A stretch of DNA of 63,367 bases, the filler included, from Collodictyon triciliatum (Eukaryota), in NCBI GenBank assembly GCA_043381765.1. It is 7 parts of 7 records of this genome, joined end to end, with 100 filler letters (N's around TTAATTAATTAA, not from the genome) between each part and the next. Parts side by side here need not be neighbours in the genome. Positions count along the whole stretch, not along the records: positions 36,055 to 46,059 come from JBHJMP010002826.1; positions 46,160 to 56,162 come from JBHJMP010002827.1; positions 56,263 to 62,205 come from JBHJMP010002833.1; 4 more parts are not named here. One strand, written 5' to 3'. Positions 45,755 to 56,467 of the stretch are shown here, in pieces. The translations under genes were made by a program, and so were the position numbers. Each line of letters starts with the position of its first letter. Positions within the stretch are counted from its first letter, which is position 1. The notes beneath the pieces were generated by a model. That model had not been told where the DNA came from, made no database searches, and saw nothing but the letters and a program-made list of their open reading frames with translations.

Positions 45755-46159
45755 CTGTATTAATGTTTTACCTTCGTTTAAATAAAAAAAATAGAATCAT
45801 TTAATTGCGATATTTTGGTTTGTTTCACTAAAATAATCGATGATTCGTAACAATTTTCCTTTCACTCTTAATAAAGCAACATCGTTAAAGATTTCATTTA
45901 CCAAACTTATATACTGGCATCATACTTTCTTTTGTTTATTTTATTTTTTATTTATTTATTATGTATTATGTATTATGTATTATGTATTATGTATTATGTA
46001 TTATGTATTATGTATTATGTATTATGTATTATGTATTATGTATTATGTATTATGTATTANNNNNNNNNNNNNNNNNNNNNNNNNNNNNNNNNNNNNNNNN
46101 NNNTTAATTAATTAANNNNNNNNNNNNNNNNNNNNNNNNNNNNNNNNNNNNNNNNNNNN

Positions 46160-46256
<97 letters not shown>

Positions 46257-46477
46257 CATACAAAAATAGTGTAACATATCACAACGAATAAAAAATACTT
46301 CCATATATTAAGAAAACCGTTTTAATTAAGATTTTATTTCATTTTGTTTAATTTTTCCCCAAGAATATGAAATGAAAGTCGCACTTGAAATAGGATTCAG
46401 GTCGCTTAGCCAACCTTTGCATTTGTGGTGATTTGAAATTTGGTAGGGAGATTTTCAAAGTTAAAAATGCTTGAATA

Positions 46478-48296
46478 TTACACTTTGCTGGCTTTGATAT
46501 TTTCTTTAAGGATTACAAACAATTGAATATCAGATTCCGAAAGGTTGAAGGGGTGGTTCACCAACTCTTCGCATGTAAGCTGCAAAAACTCAGAACCTGA
46601 TATTCTTTCATCCATAATTGTAATCAAGAATGCTGGCGAAAGACTAAAGGCACCAAGGTATTGGACCAACTGTTGGGAATTCATGACGTGGACGAATGCA
46701 GGTGATTTATCCATTTGCCATACTAAAGGGCCATGATTTTTTCTGATATCATGAAGCTTTGCAAGAGTTTGTTTAATATTTGGGCGATGTGCAGGTTCAT
46801 ACGAGCAGCAATCTTTAATAAGTTGAGCAAGTTTCTTTGGACAAGATGCTTCGAGAGTAGGACAGCTACTTTTCAATTTTTCGATAATCAAATACCTTAA
46901 TTTCTTTCCGTCATATGGTTTTCTCCCATGAATCATACTCCAAATAACCAACCCAAGGGAATAAATATCACCGGAAGTGGTATATTCACGTAGGCAAAAT
47001 ATCTCCGGTGGGTAATATTCATAAGCGTCCCCGATGTGATTACCTCCTTGGGTCATTTTCCTTGCTTCATGGAATCCAAAGTCACTTATTTTTAAGACGC
47101 CATTAAATAGCAGAATGTTTTCTAATTTTAGTCTTCCGTGATAAAAAGGCGTCTGGTTGCAATGAAGGTAGGAAAGTCCATCACTGATCTGAATTGCATA
47201 TGCAATCGCGGTGTCAATAGATATCGCACCATTTGTTGTAATCAAGGACCACAAATTTCCTCCATCGCTGAATTCTGAAATGATAAAGATCGTATTGCCC
47301 TTGTGGCCTATTGTCATTATTTGACAAATGTTTTGATGTCTTAGCTTACTCAACGAGAAGGCATCGTTTGAACGGTAAAACTCGACTCTTTCTGATCGGG
47401 CGACTTCCTTTTTTAGAAGTTTAATTGAAACCCATTCGCCAGGTTTAATGGATGTCTTAAGAGTTCTACAAAATATAGTATCCCAAGAGACAGGCATGTT
47501 GCTCCAATCGGACATAATCAATTTCTTCAAGTCTGTATTTCCAACAAACTCTCTATTTCCTAAATATATATATATATATAGATGATTCACAAAATGGACA
47601 CTTAAACTGCATATACATATTGCAAGATAGTTGTATCATTTAAAAGCTAATTTACGAATTACGTCAAAGATTCATGGGACAGAGAGAAATTTTAAATTGA
47701 CATTTATTATTATTGATTACACTTGCCAGGGTGAAAAAAGTAAGAGGCACGAGAATCAGGTAGATTTAAGTATGAAGGCGATTGTTCGATACTGGATGGC
47801 TGGTCAGAAATACATGATTTCATTTCGGTATTCATATCGGAATTTTAACTTATGCGAATGTGAAAGTATAATTTTATGATATATGAAACATACATCGTCG
47901 TATAGAGTCAACTCTCGCAGGGTTTCAGCACAATTCCGATTCCAAATGGTTTGTATCTTTGTTTGATTACTCCAACAAGGAAGGCTAGTAATGCCGTGTG
48001 GGGCGCTCTTAACATATGTACTTCCACTGGGGTCATCCAGGATAAACATATTAAGCTCTCGTAAGAGGGTCACTTCCAGGGGAACTCGTTCGACCTATTG
48101 GAGATTGTTACTCGAATATAGAATTTAAATCGTTACTCTGTTTATTGTAAGGTGGTACAAAAATAATTCAGAAAGAGGATTGGTAAAAGGGAAGAGAAAG
48201 TAAGTATAACCAAAACAAAGCAAAACAAAACAAAGCAATCCCATACCATACAAAACCATACCATACAAAAGCAAACCAAACCAAACCACACCAAAC

Positions 48297-48368
<72 letters not shown>

Positions 48369-49284
48369 AAAAAAAAGAATAAAAAAAAAAAAAAGAAATA
48401 AAACAGAATGGAAATTAACATATCAATTAAAATGTACTTTGTTGCCATAAATGACAAAACAGGTTAGACCCGACAAGAGAGATATCCATGAAGGGATACT
48501 TGTCAAAAGATTCTTGTGAATATCAAAGAGAACTAGATTATGTAGCCGTGATATCCCTGAAGGTAAAATCGTAAGCGTGTTTCCGTTAACTTGCAGGGTT
48601 TTAAGTTTTGTCAAACAGCTAATTCCCTCGGGCAAGTAAGCCAGTCGATTGTTGCCCGCGTTGAGATAAGTCAAAACGCTCAAACAGGATATTCCATCAG
48701 GTAACTGTGTCAAACTGTTTTTTATTGAGACATAGGAATGTCAGCTGACTTAAAATTGATATAGTGTCCGGCAAGGATGTGACCTTGTTATCTGAAACGG
48801 CGAGTATATTCATGCTTGATAAACAGGATACCTCTGGAGATATAGACGACAATCCATTTCCAAGCATGATTCCTTTTAGGTTTGTTAATTGCCATATCTC
48901 TGAGGGGATATGTGATACTTTATTTTTCAGACCAAATACAAAGTTCAGCTGTGGCAATTGAGAAATAGTGCTGGGAAGGATCGAGATATGGTTCGAGTTG
49001 AAATTAATTATGGAAAGGTTGCTCATAGAAAAGAGCTCAGGCGGCAGTTCTGTTAGTTCGTTATCCTGGACTGAAATGCAGGTGAGTCTGGTGAGCCTGG
49101 AGATCCAACCGGGTATACAATTGATTCGATTGCCTTGCAAAAATACTACCTCAAGGGCATTAAAAGACCCCAGGTTTTCAGGAAGGGCAGTTAGTTCTCT
49201 GCACTCGAGGTCTAAGCGTGTGCAAACACTCAAGGGCTGCTCGGCTGGTGTCCAAACTGGAGCGCAGTCTTCGACACAAGTCAT
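46478..49284 (-). CDS. LRR - TKL-type pseudokinase - SAM protein; apparent 1-nt frameshift at 48718-48723
   Basis: About 13 LRRs from ATG 49284; kinase fold VSIK, LRHQNI, HGRLKLENILL, KISDFG, YYPPE, DIYSLG; SAM-like tail QQLVQYL..IMDERISGSEFLQLTCEEL. Confidence 0.88.
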
Positions 49285-49396
49285 CTTTCTAACCAAGGCA
49301 ACGAAATAAAATGAAAAACAAAACAAAACAAAAGATAAATGCGATATATTTACATATATCACGACAATAAGCGCATGCACAAATATACTCTAGGCA

Positions 49397-49885
49397 GAAG
49401 AGAAAGAGAGAGAGAAAAAGGGAAAAAGGGAAAAAGGGAAAAAGGGAAAAAGAGAAAGAGAAAGAGAAAGAGAAAGAGAAAGAAAGAAAGAGAAAGAGGA
49501 AAGAGAAAGAGAAAGAGAAAGAGGAAAGAGAAAGAGAAAGAGAAAGAGAAAGAGAAAGAGAAAGAGGAAAGAGAAAGAGAAAGAGAAAGAGGAAAGAGAA
49601 AGAGGAAAGAGAAAGAGAAAGAGAAAGAGAAAGAGAAAGAGAAAGAGGAAAGAGAAAGAGGAAAGAGAAAGAGGAAAGAGAAAGAGAAAGAGGAAAGAGA
49701 AAAAGAAAGAGAAAAAGAAAAAGAAAGAGAAAGAGAAAGAGAAAGAGAAAGAGGAAAGAGAAAGAGGAAAGAGAAAGAGAAAGAGGAAAGAGAAAGAGGA
49801 AAGAGAAAGAGAAAGAGAAAGAGAAAGAGGAAAGAGAAAGAGAAAGAGAAAGAGAAAGAGAAAGAGAAAGAGAAAGAGGAAAAGG
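49397..49885. repeat. Polypurine (GAAAGAGAAAAGAG-like) repeat
   Basis: Direct reading. Confidence 0.95.
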
Positions 49886-50190
49886 ATGTGGTGGGGATGA
49901 GCAAGCTATCACAAGTGCTGCTAGAGATAAAATTATTATTGTTTTCCTTTTTTTTTTATGAGTTGCCCAAGGAAGGCGCCGCAGTCTATTGGGCTTCTGG
50001 TAGCGGCTCTGATTATGATTCCGTGAGCCCCTGCAAAGATTCCTGGAATCAACCCAGTTGTGGAAGATAGCATTAAGGGAGGGAAGTACGCAAATCACTC
50101 TCGAACGACTCTGGATGAATGACAAGATTGTCCAGAGAAAAAAAAAAGAAAAAAAAGTTGTGGTGTAGGCGAAGCGGTGTAGAAAACCTG

Positions 50191-53100
50191 CTAATCCTTT
50201 GACTCGAATACAAAGGAACGAGAGAAAATATTCTCGTGAAAGGTATCCTTCACATCCCCCAACATCTCGCTTAGCCTCCAAAATGCAACGCGAATCACGG
50301 CTGGGCCAGCCACAGATAGATACAACGTCGCAAAGAGTGCATTCAGAAATATAACGAGAACAGCTAAAACACTCTCGCTCATACTGTCCAAATTATCATA
50401 GCGGAATAGTAATCCCATCATCAGAGTAAAGTAAAGAACGCCCATAGAAAACAGCTGAGACTTTCTCAAAACGTTTGACATGAAGGGTTGAAAGTAAAAA
50501 TTAGCCCCAGAAGACATGATTAAAAGCCAGATTCCAAAATAAATTTGCATCGAAGAAGAAAAAAAGACACTAATAAAAACAACCAATAGTTTTTGGACCA
50601 TGGAAACCACCTCCCAGTAGAAGCATTCGTCTTTGTAACCATCCACCAAAAATCGGAACAAAGAGTATGTATGCGATGCCGGGTTACTCAGAGAAGTTCG
50701 CTTCTGGAACATACGGACTAACAGGAAAATTGGCCCACATATGCAATAGACTATTACATACACAAGCGCAATATTTTTCCAGTAATCATACTTCGGGTCG
50801 TCACAGTCTATGGACATATCCATTTTCAAAAATCTCTTATCTCCGAGCGTTTCGCATGGAAATATGCTTGCCACACTCGCGGTTATTGTAGGGTGCAAAA
50901 AGAAAAGGACAACCAACGCTGAATATTGAAATTCGTGACGAAGCTGAGCGTATGTTGTCGGTTTTACATCTGGGTCAGCTTTAAATCGGTTCCAGCCAGA
51001 TTTCACAAACAAAAGAACAACAACCACCCCCATTAGTAAGGCAGGGCTAAGCATGGTGAACAATAACTTTTCATAGGTACTCAGCTGGTACTGGCAGTCA
51101 ACGGGGTATGTATCGATCGAGATGGAAAATGAAAATAGAGCGGGAAGCTTCATGGCCGATAGAATCGACTGGTTCCAGTTGACATCGAAATTGGCCAAGT
51201 ATGACAGGATTTGGAAGTGACTGGTGAGAGTTTTCAGGATTTGAATATTGGCAGTTTTGGGCTGCCTTGACTGCTCTATCATATACACCACGAACCCCAA
51301 AGGAAGAACAATACTGAGAAAGACAAGAAATCCATTAAAACCTTTAGATACACACTTCACACAGAACGAACCTGTAGCTCCATAGCCGCTATCACAGGCA
51401 CTACACAAGGCTCCATCATAACCTTTCGTGCAATCATTGCTTCCTCCTTTACATGCATCGATGTTGGGACATTTATAAGCAATATATTCATGTTTAGAAC
51501 TTTGAGCACGCCAATAACCAGGTGCCACATGTAAGGTGTTACTTCCGTCACATATAAAACCTTCAGGACACTTCGTGCACATCTTATATTTTTCACTCAA
51601 GTACTGGCCATTCAAATTACAAACACACGAATTGTAACTCGTGGACCCAACAGAGCTTGTGGTAGAAGCTGGAGGACAATCTCGGCAAGCAGTTTGCCCA
51701 TGCTCGTAGTTGTAAGAATTCAACGGACATGCCATACATTTGCCGTTTGTCTCATAAGTGCCTGGTTTACAGAGGCAAACGCCGTCTATTTCAGAGTATT
51801 CGTCTTTACATATACAATTGCTAATGTTGCTCGCACCAGTAAAGTTGGTGGTAAATTTGTCTGGACATGGGGAGCACGCAATAATATCATATGAACTCTT
51901 GAAAAAACCAATATCACATTTATCACAAGTCGCGTGATTCTCAAATGAACCTGGGCCGCATGTGCAGATATCGCCACTTTGATCATACGTATTTAAGCAT
52001 CTACAATCATTGATGTTTTTTGACCCTTTGTAATCTGTAGTAGAACGACTTGGGCAATTTGTACACAGGACGCTTCTCTCGGAACTGAATGTGCCCGTAG
52101 GGCATTGAATGCATGATGATATATTCAGAGAACCAGTTTTGTTATTAAACGTACCTGAAGGGCAGGGTTCACAAAATGCTTGGCCTTCAAAATTATTGTA
52201 TGTGCCCTTGGGACAGGCAATGCACGCCGTAATCAAATATGAACCAGAATTGGGATTGAAAGTACCTCTTGGACATTTTTGGCAATGAATACAGCTAGCA
52301 TTAGAACATTGGGCCCCATATGTCCCAGGTAAACACGGAGTACAAAACGAGCTAGCTTCTGGGCTAAATTGACCACCAGAACAGCTCAGGCAGGATGAAG
52401 ACCCATACAATCCAGTCACGTTGTTATAAGTCCCGGATGGACAATTTGTGCATGATATCCCACTATCATCCCCAAAAGTGCCTTTGGGACATGACAGACA
52501 AGAGCTGACGTCAGTTTCTCCAAAATTTGGATTGTAAGTTCCCAAAGGACAAGATTCACAGTTTTTCTGGCCTTTTTTCGAATTAAAAGTACCCGGGAGA
52601 CACATTTCACACGCCATCTTACCTTGGTCGTCAGCAAATGTCCCCTCGGGACATAACTCACACATTTCAATGCTAGTAGACCCTATGTTTGGGTTGAATG
52701 TACCAACAGGACACACATTGCAGGAGATGGAACCTGTTTCATTATTGAAAGAGCCTAGCTCGCAAGGTGAGCAAATAGACTCTCCAAAATCGTTTGTGTA
52801 GAAGCCAGTAGGACAAGGAATGCACCTGGTCTGTCGATCGATCCCATTAAATGTACCGGGTGGGCACTTCTCACATTGCTTTTGGCCACTTTCTGAAGTG
52901 AATGTACCCGGGTTACATGGAATGCAATCATTCACGCTAGTGGAACCGTACTTTGTGCTGAAGGTCCCTGGTGGGCATTCCAAACACTCAAAGTAAGCGA
53001 CAGGGTGGTAATAAGTTCCTGGATTACAAATTGTACAATGCCCCAAAGTCTGGTCGAACATATAGCCCGCATTACATATGCCCCAAGACTTGACTGTAGA

Positions 53101-55776
53101 ATCAACACTTACGGAGATAAGCAATGTGTTATTTTTTGTTACTGCAACGCTTTTGATAGTATTGGTATGCCCACTAAATGAATGAGCTAAATCACAGTCA
53201 GGAAGTGCCCATATTTTAATGGTCCAGTCTCCGCCCCCAGATACTAATCTACCACTTGATGACAATACAACCATGGATGTAGTCCCTGTGAAACTGGTAA
53301 TTTTGTTTATTTCGTGGCCGTCTGTTATGTCGAACATAGATATACCGCCTTCCACTCCAACTATGATATGTAAATCATCAGGGCTAATCACTATGTCGGA
53401 AATTCGTTCTGAATTTAGAATATAAAGAAATGGGATTTCCTCTTTGAAATTCCATACTCTTATGACGCCATCTGAATCACCCGATACTATTTTTTTGCTA
53501 TCACTGGTTAAGGCCAGACCACCGAATCCATTATCATAGCCAATAAGAGTCCGAATGAGAAATCTAGAGGACATGTCCCATATTTTAATGGTGGTATCTT
53601 CACTTGCAGATAAAAAAACAGATTCATCAGAAGCCACTAATATTTTTTTTATAGGGAGCCTATGATGAACAACATTTAAAATGGATACTTTGGTCTCTAT
53701 ATCCCAAACTCTGATTCCATAATATGCGTGACCATAGGCTACCTTAGTCCCATCACCACTCGATGCTAGACACTGTATCTCGATTTCTCCTCGAAAGGAA
53801 TGCACAAATAAACTGTCGCTAAGATTCCAAACCTTAACAGTTCTGTCTGAGCTTCCAGATATTATATATTTACCATCTGAAGTTATCAAAACACTCTGAA
53901 TTGAGCCTACATGGCCGGCTATGGTAGATACAACCATCCTGCTTGCCAATGACCATACTCTGACGAGTTTGTCCGAGCTTCCAGAGACAAATTTAGAGCC
54001 GTCAGGTGATATGGTAAGACTGTAGATAACATCAACTGATAAGGGAATTGCATCTAGTAGAAGCTCTGATGATAAATCCCACATATTTATTGATTGGTCA
54101 GTTCCAGCAGAAAGTAGCACGGAACCATCGGGTGTGACCGCGATGGTCATCACAGGGCCATAATGCCCGACTAGAGTGCCCATCAAGTCACCTGATTCTA
54201 TATCCCAAATGTTAATGGTCTGGTCTTCGCTACACGATACTACCTTTAAATCATCAGGGGTTACGAGTACAGCCATAACACTGGCAGTATGACCATGCAG
54301 GGTGCGAATTAGAGACCAGCTAAACCGATTCCAAATTTTTATGGTCATGTCCATACTCCCTGATACGATTTTTGACATTTCTTTGTTCATGACAACAGAC
54401 ATTATGGCCATAGAATGTCCTTGGAGGCGCTTAATGGTTGTTCCTAAAAAGTAGTCCCAAATAATAATGGAGCTATCCCAGTATCCACATATGATTATAG
54501 AGTCATCCGGTGCAATAAAAATTGCTTGCAGAAGTATGGAGGGCACTAAAACTTGGTGCGTGAGAGTTAAGGTATCAGCTTCCCTTATGGAAATATCCAT
54601 ATCATTTCCGGCACTTAAAATATGCCCTTCAGTTGGGGTGATGGCAATTGTATTTATATCTTCGATATGGGCACTTATTTGGCTTATTAGAGTCCCGTTG
54701 TTTGCGTCGATTTTTAGGATACTTCCATCCTTGCCACCAACATATAGAATTGATCTTTTATGTGAAATTCCTATGGTATAGTATTCTGTGCAGCCATAGA
54801 TTACTTTCAGAAGGGTTCCATTCGACAGCGACCAACTCTTTATAATATTATCCATTCCTACAGAAATAATGACGGAGTCGCTGTGAGCCAGAGCAATATT
54901 TTCTACTCCAACTGTACCGCAGACAATATTCTGCAAAAGAACTCCGCTTTCTGTTGACCAAATTTTTATTGTATTATCTCTGCTTGTAGAAATGACTTTT
55001 GAATCGTCTTGTGTCACGAGAATACATATTATCTCTCCATAATGACCCCCTAGCGCCATTATGAATGAGGCAGTCTCTAAGTCGTACATGAATAAGTCAC
55101 CAAAGGTACCGCAAGAAACAAAGAGAGATGACCCATCATGAGTAGTTGCCAGATACCTGACGAATTCACAGACATCTAAGGATCCAATTAGACTCCCATC
55201 ATCAAAATTCCAGATTTCAATGGAGGGCTCATATGAATATGCGCTGTCTGCAGAGCCCAGGAGAAGAATTGGTTGGTCAGGAATAATGACCGCACCTCCT
55301 AATGCGGTTATGCTCCCAAATATAGGAGATAGTAATGAACCGTCTCGGACATCCCAAATATTTACCATTCCCCATTGTTCACAGGAAATTATCCTATAGC
55401 CATCCCCAGCAACTAGGAGATGAGACACACTAGAAAAATGATCAACTAATGTGTGAATTATCGAATAATCTAGTAGACTCCAAACTACGATGCTTCCATC
55501 TTCATAGCCTGATGCAAACCATAAGTCATCCAGGGCAATAGCGATGGATGCCGGCTTTCCATTGCTTGAATCAATACTCTTAAGTAACATCCCGTCTTCC
55601 AAACCCCAAATCTTGATCACTTCGTCATAACCTACGGTTATGAACTTTTGGTTGTCATGAGTGACGACTATGTGTGAGATTCCTTTAGAATGCCCCTCAT
55701 TCTTGTAGCTGAATAGGTAGTCACTTCCGTATCCCGCGTTGAATGTAAATGAGATGATGAGGCCTATGTTATACAT
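50191..55776 (-). CDS. Intronless 1861-aa receptor-like protein: ~20 WD40 repeats, Cys-rich ephrin-receptor-like/TNFR-like repeats, ~9-TM domain
   Basis: GH...SGSxDxTIKIW repeats; CxxCPxGTF repeats; CKGG..CTKGYDGALCSACDSGY; TM domain with HFQIL, LHPTIT, LKMDMSIDC and FLVDGYKDECFYWEVV. Confidence 0.93.
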   Translation of the reverse strand: MYNIGLIISFTFNAGYGSDYLFSYKNEGHSKGISHIVVTHDNQKFITVGYDEVIKIWGLEDGMLLKSIDSSNGKPASIAIALDDLWFASGYEDGSIVVWSLLDYSIIHTLVDHFSSVSHLLVAGDGYRIISCEQWGMVNIWDVRDGSLLSPIFGSITALGGAVIIPDQPILLLGSADSAYSYEPSIEIWNFDDGSLIGSLDVCEFVRYLATTHDGSSLFVSCGTFGDLFMYDLETASFIMALGGHYGEIICILVTQDDSKVISTSRDNTIKIWSTESGVLLQNIVCGTVGVENIALAHSDSVIISVGMDNIIKSWSLSNGTLLKVIYGCTEYYTIGISHKRSILYVGGKDGSILKIDANNGTLISQISAHIEDINTIAITPTEGHILSAGNDMDISIREADTLTLTHQVLVPSILLQAIFIAPDDSIIICGYWDSSIIIWDYFLGTTIKRLQGHSMAIMSVVMNKEMSKIVSGSMDMTIKIWNRFSWSLIRTLHGHTASVMAVLVTPDDLKVVSCSEDQTINIWDIESGDLMGTLVGHYGPVMTIAVTPDGSVLLSAGTDQSINMWDLSSELLLDAIPLSVDVIYSLTISPDGSKFVSGSSDKLVRVWSLASRMVVSTIAGHVGSIQSVLITSDGKYIISGSSDRTVKVWNLSDSLFVHSFRGEIEIQCLASSGDGTKVAYGHAYYGIRVWDIETKVSILNVVHHRLPIKKILVASDESVFLSASEDTTIKIWDMSSRFLIRTLIGYDNGFGGLALTSDSKKIVSGDSDGVIRVWNFKEEIPFLYILNSERISDIVISPDDLHIIVGVEGGISMFDITDGHEINKITSFTGTTSMVVLSSSGRLVSGGGDWTIKIWALPDCDLAHSFSGHTNTIKSVAVTKNNTLLISVSVDSTVKSWGICNAGYMFDQTLGHCTICNPGTYYHPVAYFECLECPPGTFSTKYGSTSVNDCIPCNPGTFTSESGQKQCEKCPPGTFNGIDRQTRCIPCPTGFYTNDFGESICSPCELGSFNNETGSISCNVCPVGTFNPNIGSTSIEMCELCPEGTFADDQGKMACEMCLPGTFNSKKGQKNCESCPLGTYNPNFGETDVSSCLSCPKGTFGDDSGISCTNCPSGTYNNVTGLYGSSSCLSCSGGQFSPEASSFCTPCLPGTYGAQCSNASCIHCQKCPRGTFNPNSGSYLITACIACPKGTYNNFEGQAFCEPCPSGTFNNKTGSLNISSCIQCPTGTFSSERSVLCTNCPSRSTTDYKGSKNINDCRCLNTYDQSGDICTCGPGSFENHATCDKCDIGFFKSSYDIIACSPCPDKFTTNFTGASNISNCICKDEYSEIDGVCLCKPGTYETNGKCMACPLNSYNYEHGQTACRDCPPASTTSSVGSTSYNSCVCNLNGQYLSEKYKMCTKCPEGFICDGSNTLHVAPGYWRAQSSKHEYIAYKCPNIDACKGGSNDCTKGYDGALCSACDSGYGATGSFCVKCVSKGFNGFLVFLSIVLPLGFVVYMIEQSRQPKTANIQILKTLTSHFQILSYLANFDVNWNQSILSAMKLPALFSFSISIDTYPVDCQYQLSTYEKLLFTMLSPALLMGVVVVLLFVKSGWNRFKADPDVKPTTYAQLRHEFQYSALVVLFFLHPTITASVASIFPCETLGDKRFLKMDMSIDCDDPKYDYWKNIALVYVIVYCICGPIFLLVRMFQKRTSLSNPASHTYSLFRFLVDGYKDECFYWEVVSMVQKLLVVFISVFFSSSMQIYFGIWLLIMSSGANFYFQPFMSNVLRKSQLFSMGVLYFTLMMGLLFRYDNLDSMSESVLAVLVIFLNALFATLYLSVAGPAVIRVAFWRLSEMLGDVKDTFHENIFSRSFVFESKD

Positions 55777-56360
55777 TAGAGCTGCGTATTAACTAAAATA
55801 ATAGGGGTCTTACATCAGGCACGGTCAAGTAATAAGTACCCGATAATAGTAATGCTAGATAAATAAACTATTTTTTCTATTCCAGTAGTGCTTACATATC
55901 AATTCAACTTTAAAGAACATTGCTTTCGGCTATCCGCAGGACAAACCTGTTGCGACGATGTCTAAATTTGAATATGAAGTGCTAGGATTAGGAATATGAT
56001 TTAGCTATTCCACTATTCTTCTGATATGCAAACTGAAGAGGGTCATTTTCACCACAAGAGAAGGAAAGAAAGAAGGAAAGAAGGAAAGAAGGAAAGAAGG
56101 AAAGAAGGAAAGAAGGAAAGAAGGAAAGAAGGAAAGAAGGAAAGAAGGAAAGAAGGAAAGAANNNNNNNNNNNNNNNNNNNNNNNNNNNNNNNNNNNNNN
56201 NNNNNNTTAATTAATTAANNNNNNNNNNNNNNNNNNNNNNNNNNNNNNNNNNNNNNNNNNNNATAAAAAATAAAAAATAAAAAATAAAAAATAAAAAATA
56301 AAAAATAAAAAATAAAAAATAAAAAATAAAAAATAAAAAATAAAAAAAAAAAAAAAAAAA

Positions 56361-56421
<61 letters not shown>

Positions 56422-56467
56422 AAGAAAGACGTCCAATTTTTTAAAATGATTGGCCCTTATTATTTAG

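Noticed and set aside
45754-46478. Fusion of LRR-kinase-SAM with DUF4062-NACHT-TPR
   Set aside because: The kinase ORF has a stop after the SAM domain, and an artificial spacer separates the two genes.
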